DNA from: Candidatus Hydrogenedentota bacterium
Lineage (GTDB): Bacteria > Hydrogenedentota > Hydrogenedentia > Hydrogenedentales > JAGMZX01
DNA: 64,000 bases
Assembly: GCA_029556545.1 (NCBI GenBank)
Contig: JAKQEQ010000153.1
Coordinates: forward strand, 43,348-107,347
Direction: 5' to 3'
Position 1 is the stretch's first letter, and each line of letters opens with the position of its first letter. Below the pieces are notes generated by a model. That model worked only from the letters and a program-made list of their open reading frames with translations, made no database searches and was not told the origin of the DNA. Positions 27,968 through 38,800 of this stretch are shown piece by piece. A program made the position numbers and the translations under genes.

Positions 27968-29544
27968 CAGAAGTACCCCAGGTTGCGCAGTTGTTCCTCG
28001 AGGGCCGGGTCAAGCGTCGGGGCGCGTTCCGCCGGCCCCGCGCCGTCGGTGTAGCCGATGGCTTCGAGCTGTTCCCGCAGGTCCGGGGGCAATTGGCCCA
28101 TTTCCGCGCGGATTTTCTCGCTTTCCAGCGCGGGCGCGGGGCAGCGGTCCCGGTACTCGTCGAGGATCGTGCGAAACGGCGCGGCCGCCGTCTCCTCGAA
28201 GATATCCCGCCGCTGCGCCGGGTCCGCGGTCAAGTCATAGAGTTCCTCGCGGGCCGGTGCTCCCCAGAGGTCGATCGGGGCCGTCTGACCGTCGATGAGC
28301 GCCCGGCGCAGTTCCCGTTGGCGCCTTGCAGCCTCCGAACACTCCGCGGGCGTCATCCACTTCGGCGCGGCCATGTAAGCCCGCTCGTCCGCGTGGACCA
28401 TGCGCGCGAGATTGCGCGTCTGGATCAACAGTTCCGCAATGATGGGCCGCGCATGCGCTTGGAACGACCACTGTGTCCCGTCGTGACGAAAGAGGGCCGC
28501 GCCGTCGAAGCGCGCGGGGTCATAGGGGATACCCGCGAAGGTCAGGAGCGTCGGCGCGATATTCACAAGCGATATGCGGTCCGGGACGCGCGCGGGCGCG
28601 AAAACGCGCGGCGCCCAGACAATCAGCGGGACGTGGAGCGATTCCCAGTAAAGTTGCCAGGCGTGCTCGACGAACCCGTGTTCGAGAAATTCCTCGCCGT
28701 GATCGGCGGTGACGACCACCAAGGTCTTCTCGAGCACGCCCGCCGCGCGCAGCCCGTCAAAGAGTTTCTTGAGATGCGCATCGACGAACGCGATCTCGGC
28801 GTCGTACCGGTCGATCAGGTCCTCGAAGCGCGGGTCGCCCGGCCCGAAACCGTCGGCGACGAGCGCGGGCAGGTTGGGCCGCACGTCCTCGAACAGGCGC
28901 AGGCGCTTGTCCTTGGCGACGGGATAGCGCGCGAACCGCTGGTAATACTCCTCGGGGGGATCGTAAGGCGCGTGCGGATCGAGGAAATGCAAGTACAGGA
29001 ACGTCTTCTTGTCGCGATGGTCGCGCGCGAAGCGCAGCGCGCGGTCCACCAGGCGCGGCGCAAGGCCGCTGTGGCCGTAAGCGGCATAGCAATCGGTCTC
29101 GTCGAAGCCGCGAAAGAAACCCGGATAGTTCAACTGCGGCGAATTCGAGAACAGGCCGGTCGTATAACCGGCGTCGCGGAAGCGTTCGCCCAGCGTCGGC
29201 CACTCGGGATTGGGCCGCGCCTGCCAGCCCGCGCCCCACGGGTTCGCCGAGGGAAACTGCCCCGAGAAGAGCGCGGAAACGGACTCGTTGGTGTAGGACG
29301 AGTTCGACTGCGCGCGATCGAAAACGACGCCCTCCGCCGCGATCGTGTCAAGGAACGGCGACGTGGGCCGCGCGTAGCCGTAACAGCCGAGGTGGTCCGC
29401 CCGCAGCGCGTCGATAACGATCACGAGCAGGTTATGCTCGGCGAGGTCCGCCGGAACGCGGTCTTGGCGGCCGCACCCGGCTATCAACGCGACGCCCGCG
29501 AAGATTGCCGACACGCCCAACCGACTGCAATAACCCATAGCCAC
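27967..29544 (-). CDS. Sulfatase-family (alkaline phosphatase superfamily) lipoprotein, paralog of the C-terminal domain of the 21777-24758 fusion
   Basis: Lipobox …GVALIAGCG. Shares …HFLDPHAPYDPPE… and …VVVTADHGEEFLEHG… with the fusion protein. Has no C/S-x-P-x-R motif. GTG start per the track (alternative ATG at 29538). Confidence 0.65.
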   Translation of the reverse strand: MAMGYCSRLGVSAIFAGVALIAGCGRQDRVPADLAEHNLLVIVIDALRADHLGCYGYARPTSPFLDTIAAEGVVFDRAQSNSSYTNESVSALFSGQFPSANPWGAGWQARPNPEWPTLGERFRDAGYTTGLFSNSPQLNYPGFFRGFDETDCYAAYGHSGLAPRLVDRALRFARDHRDKKTFLYLHFLDPHAPYDPPEEYYQRFARYPVAKDKRLRLFEDVRPNLPALVADGFGPGDPRFEDLIDRYDAEIAFVDAHLKKLFDGLRAAGVLEKTLVVVTADHGEEFLEHGFVEHAWQLYWESLHVPLIVWAPRVFAPARVPDRISLVNIAPTLLTFAGIPYDPARFDGAALFRHDGTQWSFQAHARPIIAELLIQTRNLARMVHADERAYMAAPKWMTPAECSEAARRQRELRRALIDGQTAPIDLWGAPAREELYDLTADPAQRRDIFEETAAAPFRTILDEYRDRCPAPALESEKIRAEMGQLPPDLREQLEAIGYTDGAGPAERAPTLDPALEEQLRNLGYF

Positions 29545-30093
29545 GGCATCCGTCCCTCGATGTGTGCCGCCCTATCATAGAGGTTTCTTGGGGGAACGGC
29601 CAAACAGGGGACACGACGGGACGATTCGGCCTCGGGGCCGCCCCCGGCGCGCGCGGCATACCTCACCGCCCGCCGGATATGGACGCCGCACTACCCGGCG
29701 GACACGTCCACAGACACGAACCCCCTTGGCCGGTCAGTAGAGTTGGGTCACACCCTGCCCCGCCAGGAGAACTGCTCGCGAGCGCGATTGACGATGGCGG
29801 TCGCTACTTCGCGCCGAGCACCTGGACGACCACCGTCACGACGGTGGCGACCGCGGACAAGGCCGCGCCGACGATGGTGAGGATTTGCACTGTGCTCAGT
29901 TGCGCTTCCGCCGGGCCTTTCGAGATAACGCTGATGTGCTTCATAGTCCCTTTTCCACCTTCCGTAATGACACAGGTTCCACTACCCCGCGAGAATTGCG
30001 GACCGGAAAACCCCCGCGCGGCAAGCGTTAGTATACCGGCGCGCGCCCGCGAAGTAAATACGGCGCGCGCGCCCCGACCGTTGACGCGCGGGC

Positions 30094-31182
30094 CTAGTCG
30101 TGAGGCGGCTCGAACTTGATGTTCCCCGCCTGGAACAGCTTGAGCAGGCCGTCCTTGTCCACCGCCTTGCGAAAGGCCTCATCCGGCTCGACGACGTCCT
30201 CCTTCACCAGGCGCATCAGTTCCTCGTTCAGCAAGGTCATGCCCTCCTTGCGCGAGGTCTGCATGATGCTCATGATCTGCGCGCTCTTCGCCTCGCGGAT
30301 GAGGGACGACACGGCGGCGTTGACGAACAGTATTTCGAGGGCGGCCACGCGCCCGCCGCCCTTTTTCTTGAGCAGGTTCTGGGCCACCACGCCCTTCAAC
30401 GTGCTCGAAAGCATGAGCCGGATTTGCTGCTGCTGGTCCGCCGGGAACTGGTCGATCAGGCGGTCCACCGTCGAAATCGCCGTGGTCGTGTGCAACGTGC
30501 CGAACACCAGGTGCCCCGTTTCCGCCGTCTCGATGGCGATGTGCGTCGTCTCCAAGTCGCGCATCTCGCCCACCAGCACGATGTCCGGGTCCTCGCGCAA
30601 GGCCGCGCGCAAGGCCCGCTTGAAACTCTCCGTGTGCACCCCGACCTCCCGCTGGTTGATGAGGCACCGTTGGTTCCGGTGCACGAACTCGATCGGGTCC
30701 TCGATGGTGAGCACGTGGTCGTTGCGCGTCTTGTTGATGTAATCGAGCATCGCCGCGAGCGTCGTCGACTTGCCGCTGCCCGTCGGGCCCGTCACCAGCA
30801 CCAGCCCCTTGTGGAGTTGGCAGAACTTCTTGAGCACTTCCGGCGCGTTCAACTGTTCGAGGGTCAGCACCTCCGACGGGATCAGCCGCGCCACGCCGCC
30901 GACGCCCTTGTTGTCCCGGAACACGTTCATGCGGTAGCGGCCCACGCCGGACAGTTCATAGGCGAAGTCCGTATCGCTCGTCTTGCGGAATTCCTCCTTG
31001 TTCTTTTCCGGCATGATCTCGAACAGCAACGCCGCTATCTGGTCGTTCGTAAGCGGTTCCGCCGTCTTGAGCGGCACAATCGCGCCGTCCTTGCGGAACA
31101 TGGGCCGGCACCCCGTGCACAGGTGCAGGTCCGACGTGTTGTGCTCCACCATCAACTTGAAATAACGATCAATATCCGCCAT
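30094..31182 (-). CDS. pilT: Type IV pilus retraction ATPase PilT
   Basis: Walker A GPTGSGKST, Asp box, Walker B, His box, and the PilT-specific AIRNLIREGK-like …SLIREAKSAQI. Start at the internal ATG 31182 (MADIDRYF) with GGGAGG 9 nt upstream; the ORF extends to 31332. Confidence 0.9.
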   Translation of the reverse strand: MADIDRYFKLMVEHNTSDLHLCTGCRPMFRKDGAIVPLKTAEPLTNDQIAALLFEIMPEKNKEEFRKTSDTDFAYELSGVGRYRMNVFRDNKGVGGVARLIPSEVLTLEQLNAPEVLKKFCQLHKGLVLVTGPTGSGKSTTLAAMLDYINKTRNDHVLTIEDPIEFVHRNQRCLINQREVGVHTESFKRALRAALREDPDIVLVGEMRDLETTHIAIETAETGHLVFGTLHTTTAISTVDRLIDQFPADQQQQIRLMLSSTLKGVVAQNLLKKKGGGRVAALEILFVNAAVSSLIREAKSAQIMSIMQTSRKEGMTLLNEELMRLVKEDVVEPDEAFRKAVDKDGLLKLFQAGNIKFEPPHD

Positions 31183-31276
31183 AAGGCCCATCCTCCCGGA
31201 TTGGAAACCGATGAAGTGGACAGAGGGTAACACGAGCGCGGCGAAGATACAAGACGACGGTTCGGGAATCCGATGG

Positions 31277-32335
31277 TCAGGCGCGCCCGGCGGAAGCGTG
31301 GGCCGTAAACGTTTCCAGGAGTGCGATGACATTGTCGAGGGGCGTCTCGGGCATGAGGCCGTGGCTCGTGCTCGCGATGTAGCCGCCGTTCCGGCAGGCG
31401 AAGAGTCGCAGGAGTCGCTCGGCCTGATTGCGGACCTCGGCGGGCGTGCCGCGGACGAGGACGCCCTGCACGTCCGCGCCGCCGAAGAAGCACACCTTGC
31501 CGCCGAAATCGCGGGCGAGTTCCTCGATATTCATGGCCTGGGGCTGCACGGGATTGAGGACGTTCAGGCCCATGTCGATGAGGTCCGGCAGGATCGCCGT
31601 GATGTTGCCGCACAGGTGCATCCACACGTGGGCGCCGCCTTCGCGCACGCGCCGGAACATGCGATCATACGAGGGCCGGTAATAGGCGCGCCAGTCGTCC
31701 GGGTCGATGAGCAGCCCGCGCTGGCTCCCCCAGTCGTCGGAGAAGTAGACGCCGTGCGCGCCGCGCGCCAGCCATGCATCGATTATCGCGAGATTGAAAT
31801 CGACGATGTGGTCGCGAAGCGCCGCGAACGCTTCCGGATACAGATACGGGTCCACCAGCATGTTGTTGAAGCCGCGCAACATCCAAAGCCGCTCGAAAAG
31901 GGTGAACCAGACGCTGCCCAGGACGTACCGCTCCCGGCGTTCGGCCAACTGGGCGTCCGCGCGGTCGAACAGGCCGGGCGCGTGCGGGTCGGGAAAGGCA
32001 TAATCGTCCAGCAATTCATACCCCGCTTCAAGGGGATGCCATTCCGTCTTTGCGCCGTGGCCGTCCTCGACCCAGCCCGTTCCCCAGTGGTCGCGCCAAC
32101 GGGTGACGCCGTCTTCCGTGACGGGCGCCGCCGTGCCGCGGTACTCGGGCGACAAGTTCAATAGATCGTCGGGGATACGCCGCAACAATTCGCGGATGCG
32201 GTCCGCCTTGGCGGCGTCCTGCTCGTGGAAAACGGAAAGATCGACACCCACCAGCACGGGCGGATACTCCGGCCCCGTGTGTTCGATGGCGCGCGTGAAA
32301 TTCTCGACCCCGTTCACCTTGGCGCGTCTCCCCAT
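31277..32335 (-). CDS. Uroporphyrinogen-decarboxylase (URO-D/MtaA) family protein
   Basis: 352 aa with a TIM-barrel URO-D-like pattern (…HVWMHLCGNITAILPDLIDMGLNVLNP…FGGADVQGVL…). Could be a decarboxylase or a methyltransferase of the same fold. Confidence 0.55.
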   Translation of the reverse strand: MGRRAKVNGVENFTRAIEHTGPEYPPVLVGVDLSVFHEQDAAKADRIRELLRRIPDDLLNLSPEYRGTAAPVTEDGVTRWRDHWGTGWVEDGHGAKTEWHPLEAGYELLDDYAFPDPHAPGLFDRADAQLAERRERYVLGSVWFTLFERLWMLRGFNNMLVDPYLYPEAFAALRDHIVDFNLAIIDAWLARGAHGVYFSDDWGSQRGLLIDPDDWRAYYRPSYDRMFRRVREGGAHVWMHLCGNITAILPDLIDMGLNVLNPVQPQAMNIEELARDFGGKVCFFGGADVQGVLVRGTPAEVRNQAERLLRLFACRNGGYIASTSHGLMPETPLDNVIALLETFTAHASAGRA

Positions 32336-32387
32336 GTAAAGCGGGCGCCGCCGATGCTCGGCGACGCCCCGCGATTGCGGATTAATC

Positions 32388-33845
32388 TTAGTACCGGTAC
32401 CAGTGTGGTTTGAAGGGACCGTTAAGCGGCACGCCGAGGTACTTGGCCTGTTTTTCGCTCAGCGTGTCGAGCGCCGCGTTCAGTTTCGCGAGATGAAGGC
32501 GGGCCACTTCCTCATCGAGTTCTTTCGGCAGCGTGTACACCTTGCCCACCTCGTACTTGGCCGGTTCGGTGAAGAGGGCGATCTGCGCCAAGACCTGGTT
32601 CGTGAACGAATTCGACATCACGAACGACGGGTGCCCCGTCGCGCAGCCGAGGTTCACGAGACGGCCCCGCGCCAGCACGAGAATCGCCTTGCCGTCCGGG
32701 AAGATGAACTTGTCCACCTGCGGCTTGATGTTCTCCTCGCGGATATCGCGCTGCGATTCGAGCCACGCCATATCGATCTCGGCGTCGAAATGGCCGATGT
32801 TGCACAGGATCGCCTGGTCCTTCATCAATTGCATGTGTTCGCCGGTCACGACGTCACAGCAGCCGGTGGCGGTGACGAAGATGTCGCCGATGGGCGCGGC
32901 GTCGATCATCTGCATGACCTGATAGCCTTCCATCGCCGCCTGGAGCGCGCAGATCGGGTCGATCTCGGTGATAATCACGCGCGCGCCGAGGCCGCGCATG
33001 GCCTGGGCGCAGCCTTTCCCCACGTCGCCGTAGCCGGCCACCACGACCACCTTCCCCGCGACCATGACGTCGGTCGCGCGCTTGATCCCGTCGGCGAGCG
33101 ATTCGCGGCAGCCGTACAGGTTGTCGAACTTCGATTTCGTGACCGAATCGTTCACGTTCATGGCGCGCGTATATAGGCGGCCCTCCGCCATCATCTGGTA
33201 GAGCCGATGCACGCCCGTCGTGGTCTCTTCCGATACGCCGACCCACCCCTCGACCGTGCGATGCCACCGCTCCGGGTCCTCGCCGTGAATCTTGCGCAGC
33301 AGCGTATCGACGATCTCGACTTCCTTGTTGTCGCGGCAGACTGGCGGCAGTTCGCCCGTCTTGTTGAAGTGTTCCTCGAGTTCGTAGCCGCGGTGGATTA
33401 GCAGCGTCGCGTCGCCGCCGTCGTCCACCACCATGCTCGGCGTCTCGCCGCCGGGGAAACACATGGCCTGATACGTGCACCACCAGTATTCTTCGAGGGT
33501 CTCGCCCTTCCACGCGAACACCGGCGTGCCGGCCTGCGCGATAGCCGCCGCCGCCCAGTCCTGCGTCGAGAAGATGTTGCAACTGGCCCAGCGCACGTCG
33601 GCCCCGAGCGCCTCGAGGGTCTCGATGAGCACCGCCGTCTGGATCGTCATGTGCAGCGAGCCCATGACCCGCGCGCCCGCGAGCGGACGCGACGCGGCGT
33701 ACTTCGCGCGCACCGCCATGAGGCCCGGCATTTCCTTCTCGGCGATGATGATCTCCTTGCGGCCCCACTCCGCAAGGCTCAAGTCGGCCACCTTAAACGG
33801 CAGGGTGGTATCTATAGCGGGGATTTCTTTCGTCACGACGGCCAT
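32388..33845 (-). CDS. ahcY: S-adenosyl-L-homocysteine hydrolase
   Basis: 485 aa; NAD-binding [10 protein letters not shown] and signature …SCNIFSTQD…; insert-containing (long) form. Confidence 0.92.
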   Translation of the reverse strand: MAVVTKEIPAIDTTLPFKVADLSLAEWGRKEIIIAEKEMPGLMAVRAKYAASRPLAGARVMGSLHMTIQTAVLIETLEALGADVRWASCNIFSTQDWAAAAIAQAGTPVFAWKGETLEEYWWCTYQAMCFPGGETPSMVVDDGGDATLLIHRGYELEEHFNKTGELPPVCRDNKEVEIVDTLLRKIHGEDPERWHRTVEGWVGVSEETTTGVHRLYQMMAEGRLYTRAMNVNDSVTKSKFDNLYGCRESLADGIKRATDVMVAGKVVVVAGYGDVGKGCAQAMRGLGARVIITEIDPICALQAAMEGYQVMQMIDAAPIGDIFVTATGCCDVVTGEHMQLMKDQAILCNIGHFDAEIDMAWLESQRDIREENIKPQVDKFIFPDGKAILVLARGRLVNLGCATGHPSFVMSNSFTNQVLAQIALFTEPAKYEVGKVYTLPKELDEEVARLHLAKLNAALDTLSEKQAKYLGVPLNGPFKPHWYRY

Positions 33846-33981
33846 GTCGCCCTCCTTCGTCCGAGTTGATTGCGGCTTTCATCTCTGAACCGGTAATTAT
33901 ACCGAACAGGGAGAAACCCGTCAATTTTGACCGGAAATCCGGCTATTTCACCGAGAAAAGCAGCCTTGAGTCGTGCGCCGA

Positions 33982-35826
33982 CTACTCGATGGCGACCGCT
34001 TCCCGATAGGCCGCATCGTAGCGCGCGGCGGCCTCGGGGTCGTTGTGCAGCACGAGCACCGCGCAGTCGCGCAGCGCGTCGAGCGTGACCCGCGCGTGAC
34101 CGTCCGCGACCTCGAAGGCGATCGGGCGCACGCCGTCGGGCGCGAGGCGCAGCGCGGTCGCGGGTTTGATCCACGCCGGCAGCGGCACGGCGATCCGCGC
34201 GTCCGTCTTCTCGACAAACGGGTACGCCTCGGGGTGAATCTCGTAATCGAGATTCGTCACGCACAGGATCAGGGCGTCCCACGTCACCAGCGGCGCGACA
34301 TCCGTCTTCTCCGGGGCCTCGATATCGAGGGCAACCGGCTCGGACGCCAGGAAATCCTCGCGCGCCATGCGCAGGACGCGCCCCCAGCCTTGCATCGCCT
34401 CGACGGCATCGGGGAAGCGCTCGGCAATCTCGCGGTCGTGGTTGAACCACAGGATGCCCTTCGCACCGCGGCCGAGATTGAGCACGAGTTGCGCGGCCAG
34501 TTCCTCGGGCGTGGGTACGGTGCGCTTCGGGCGCTGCGTCCAGTCGGCGATGCCCTGCGTCCAAATCCAGATGGGCTTGGGTTCGGCGACGCGTTTCAGG
34601 TCGCGCGTGTAATACGCCGTTTCCTCGAGGCGCGTGCCGTATAGGCGCGGCCACTTGCTGCTCGACGGCGCGGTGACGGAGTAGTGGTCCTGGCACGCGA
34701 TGTCCGGGATGGGCGCGTACTCGAAGAACTTGATGTTCCGGCAAAGCGTAATGAACGTGGGCTTGGTCCGGTCGTACTGCCGCAGCGTGCGGTCGACGAA
34801 TTCCATGATATTCGGCGGGATCGACCAGTCGGGCTCGTCCTGAAGCATCCAGCAAACCACGCTGGGATGCCCCGAGAACTCGCGCACCGTATCCACGTTC
34901 ACGGGGACCCCCGTGTGCACCATCGCGCGGAACCCGTACTTCGGCGCGGCCTCCGCGAAGAACGGCGCCTCCTTGTTTCCGCCCGCGACCATCGTGTCGA
35001 TGTGCAGGCGATGGAGCGCGTCGAAGGTCTCGGGGCTGTTCGTCCACGTGCCGATGGGGAAGAAGTCCTCGAAGGCGCGGCGGTGCGCGTATACCGCGCG
35101 TGAGTCCTCGCCGGTCTTCACGGTCGCCCGCACCACGAATAACGCCGCCGTCTCGAAGGGCGCGTCGAAGCGCGCGCGGGCGATCGTGTGGCCCGGCCCT
35201 TCGAGTCGCTGGGTGGTCCACTCGACAGCGGCGGGCGGCTTATCAACGACTTCTAAGCTTTCAAACGCTATGGGCGTCTCCCCGGCGTAGCGAATGTGGA
35301 CCTCGATCGTGTCCAGCCCCGGCAATACGCGGATGCACGCAATCTGAACCGGGTCTTCACCCAAGATGCCCTTGAAGGCCGCCACGGGCCGCCACGTCCC
35401 GTCGATGTAGCTGAAGTCGAACGGTTCGCCCTCGGCGAAACCCGGCGTGATGCCGTTGATCTCGAGAACCCCGAGCCGCCCCGGCGCGAGGGTGCCGTGC
35501 CACGCGCGGTCCCACGCCACGAAATGATTCAATCGCCAATACGATTCGTCGTTGCCGTTCAGGCGCCAATAACGGAGATCGAGCGGCGCGTCGCTGATGT
35601 TCGTGTAATAGACGTAGACCAGTCCGCCGCGATTCGGGTGTTCGCTCTCGAACTCCTGGACGTGTTCCGTTTCCCAGCGCGCGGGCCGAAAATGGACATA
35701 TTCGATGCGCAGTTTGTCCGAGGCGCGCGCCTTCGCGTCACCGCCCACCTGCGCCGTCTGCGCAAACCCGGGCGGCACCATGCAGGAAACCAGCAGCAAC
35801 GAGACCATAAACGCTTTTCCCACCAT
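33982..35826 (-). CDS. Secreted hypothetical protein (possible glycan-active enzyme)
   Basis: Signal peptide MVGKAFMVSLLLVSCMVPPGFAQT; 614 aa; no recognisable motif. Co-oriented with and immediately downstream of addA. Confidence 0.45.
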   Translation of the reverse strand: MVGKAFMVSLLLVSCMVPPGFAQTAQVGGDAKARASDKLRIEYVHFRPARWETEHVQEFESEHPNRGGLVYVYYTNISDAPLDLRYWRLNGNDESYWRLNHFVAWDRAWHGTLAPGRLGVLEINGITPGFAEGEPFDFSYIDGTWRPVAAFKGILGEDPVQIACIRVLPGLDTIEVHIRYAGETPIAFESLEVVDKPPAAVEWTTQRLEGPGHTIARARFDAPFETAALFVVRATVKTGEDSRAVYAHRRAFEDFFPIGTWTNSPETFDALHRLHIDTMVAGGNKEAPFFAEAAPKYGFRAMVHTGVPVNVDTVREFSGHPSVVCWMLQDEPDWSIPPNIMEFVDRTLRQYDRTKPTFITLCRNIKFFEYAPIPDIACQDHYSVTAPSSSKWPRLYGTRLEETAYYTRDLKRVAEPKPIWIWTQGIADWTQRPKRTVPTPEELAAQLVLNLGRGAKGILWFNHDREIAERFPDAVEAMQGWGRVLRMAREDFLASEPVALDIEAPEKTDVAPLVTWDALILCVTNLDYEIHPEAYPFVEKTDARIAVPLPAWIKPATALRLAPDGVRPIAFEVADGHARVTLDALRDCAVLVLHNDPEAAARYDAAYREAVAIE

Positions 35827-35876
35827 GACGACGACTCCTTAGCTTGCTTATGGACAATAGTGACACCGTGCATCGA

Positions 35877-38800
35877 TCAGGCGTCGCCCGGAAGTTCCAC
35901 AACGTCTTCGAGCGACGGCGCGACGCCCCGCAACCGATCCACGGCCTCAAGCGCATGCCGCTCCGCCAGCGCCACCTCGTCCGCGCCCAGCGCCACTTCG
36001 TGTACGTGGCCGCTGTCGACGTAGCAGAGGATGCCGCGATCCGGCGTCACGCCGCGCAACCGCCGCAGCGCCGCCGCATATAGGAGCAACTGCCATTCGT
36101 AGCGCGCCTGGGCCGCGTCCCGGACCACGCCCGTCTTGTAATCGATGATCGTGCCGTCGCTCAGCAGCGCGTCAATCGTTCCGTTGATCAGCACCTCGTC
36201 GAGCCGGATCGAAAACGGCGTTTCGCGCAACAGGCCGTCATCGCGCCGCAGCCGGTCCGCCAACGGCAGCGCCTGAAAGCGCTCGGCGACGCCGCGCAAG
36301 TCGGCGGCCACTTCGGGCCACAGGCGGCGCGAAACCTCGGCTTCCCGCAACAGCGCCGTCGTGTCGGGCGGCGCGGCGAAGTCCCATAGCTCGAACATGC
36401 GATGCACGAGCGAGCCCCGGACCAGCGGATTCAAACGTCCCGGTGTGACCGTCGCAACGCCGCCCGCGGATTCGTGACCGGGCGCTTCGTCGCTCCACAG
36501 GCCCGCCATCGCGTTGAGGATGCCCGACACCGAGAACCTGTGCCGCGCCGACACGACGCCGGTCAGCGGCGCGACCATGCGCTTCACCTCGTCAAGAGCG
36601 GGCAAGGCAACACGTTTCTTCTTCTCGGCTTTCGCGCGTTTCCGCGGTACGGTTCGCCGCACGCGGACCGACCAGCCTTCCCCTGCGTGGCACGGGCGTC
36701 CCGCCCGTGATTCCCGAGCATCAATAACCGCCCCATCCCGTTGCCCCGTCACGCCGAAGTGCGCATCGAGCAGTTCGAGCCAGCTTCCCTTGCGCGGGTC
36801 CGGCGCGCCACTCAGCACGAGGCAATCGCGCGCGCGCGTCATGGCCACGTACAGCACGCGCGCGTGCTCCGCCGCTTCTTCCTCGACCTGGCGGCGGCGC
36901 ACGGCCTCGCCAAGCGCCGGGGCCGTGCGTTCGCCGTCGTCCCCGGTCACTGAGACCGCGATCCCGAGTTCGCGGTGCAACGGCACGGCGGGTCTGTTCG
37001 AACCGCGCGGCACGGACGACGTGTCCGGCAAAAACACGACCGGAAATTCGAGGCCCTTGGCCTTGTGCACCGTCATGATCGTGACCGCGCCCGCGCCCTC
37101 GGGCTGCATCGGGGCCTCGCCTTCGCGCACGGCCTGATCGCGCACTTCCCGGATATACGCGATGAACGCGCGCGGCGTGGCCGGGCGGGTCCGCGTGAAG
37201 TTGTCGGCGAGGTCCACGAGTTTGCGCACGTTCGACGCCTTCTGGAGGCCGAGAAACTGATTGAGCAACAGGGCTTCATAACCCGTTTCTTCGAGCACGC
37301 GGCGCAACAGATCGAGCAATGGCCGCGCCAGTTCGCCGCGCAGCTTGTCAAGGAGCGCGCGGGCGCGCCGCCACTCGGCGGTCTGCCCGAGGTCCTCCGG
37401 TTCGATGCCTTGATCGAACGCCGCGCCAAGGCCGCCGCACCGCGCCAGACGCAGGATCGATTCATCGGACAGCCCCACGATGGGACTGCGCAAATAGGCG
37501 AGCAGCGCCGGCTCGTTCCAGGGATCGATCAGCGATTCGAGCAGGTTCAGTACGTCCAGCACCTCCTGCTGCTCGTAGAAGCCCGCGCCCGCCATGACCA
37601 TGTAGGGAATGCCCGCGCGGCGCAGCGCTTCCTCGTAGATGAACGTGTTGCTCATGGCGCGCAGCAGCACCGCCACGTCGCCGTAATCGGCGGGCACGCG
37701 CGCGCCGTCGCGCTCGATCTCGAGCCGTGCCGTCCCGTCGCACATCTCCTGAATCCGCGCGGCGATGAGTTCCGCCTCGGCGCGCCGGTAGACCTCGACG
37801 TTGGCCTCTTCGACCGGTTCCGGCAGCAGGAACTCGATGCGCGGCGCGCTCCAGGCGGCGCGTTCCGCGGCCATGGGCGCGTAATCCTGTGTGGTATCGA
37901 GAAGCCGGGACGCGGCGAAAAAGGCGTTTACGCCATCCAACAGGTCCGGGATCGTGCGGAAGTTCCGGTCAAGCTGGATAACCTTCTCGGAAACGCCGCG
38001 CTGCTCGTTGAAGACCTCGACCTCCGCGCCGCGAAACAGGTAGATCGACTGCTTCGCGTCGCCGACGATGAAAAGGTCCGGGCCGCCGGGCTCGCCGTGC
38101 AACAGCCGCGCTATTTCGAGCTGCACGTGGTCCGTGTCCTGGAATTCATCGATGAGCAAATGCCGGATGCCTTCCGCGACGCGCTTCCGCAACGGCTTGT
38201 AATCGCGCAGCATATGCAGCGCTTTCAAGATCAGGTCGTCGAAGTCCAGGCCGTTCACCGCCGCCTTGGCGTCGTCGTGCGCCGCCGCCACGTGCTGGAA
38301 GATGCGGCAGAGGTCCGCCGTGCGTTGCGCGGCCTGTTCCTCGAGGGCTTCGTCCGGCTCCTCGGGCAGGAATCCCTTCGCGAAATCAACGATGTCTTTC
38401 TGCGCCTTCACGAGGTCCTCGTACATCTCCTCCGAGGTCCAGTTCTTCTTCGCGCCTCTCCCGCCGTCGAAGGTGATTATTCGGTTCAAAGCGCGCTCGG
38501 TGGCCGCCGCGCCCGGCGCGTCGAGGACGGCGCTGAGCGCGTCAAGATACGCCAGGCGGCGCTGCTCCCGTCCGTCGTCTTTGGCGGCGCATGCGCCCGC
38601 AAACCCGGCCAGTTGGTCGATAAACCGCCGCACACGCGGCATCCGGGGCAGCGCTTCGAGGCGACGCTGCCGTTCGTCCCGCAGCGCGTCCTTCCACTGC
38701 CGGCGCAGCGCCTCCGGGTCGTCCAACGCGCAGTCGCTGCCCAGCCGCTCGATGACCGACCGCTTATGCAACATGTCCTCCATCAACGCGGTCAATTCCT

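Noticed and set aside
21777-29544. Calling the two PF00884-like domains arylsulfatases.
   Set aside because: Neither has the C/S-x-P-x-R formylglycine motif at the expected position (TPCSWTKP; SNSSYTNES). They were kept as generic sulfatase-family / alkaline phosphatase superfamily enzymes.
29803-29943. Small minus-strand ORF in the pilT/sulfatase intergenic region, first read as a 46-aa TM peptide.
   Set aside because: A careful re-translation gives MKHISVISKGPAEAQLSTVQISPSSARPCPRSPPS*, which is Pro/Ser-rich and not hydrophobic. No RBS, so most likely noise.
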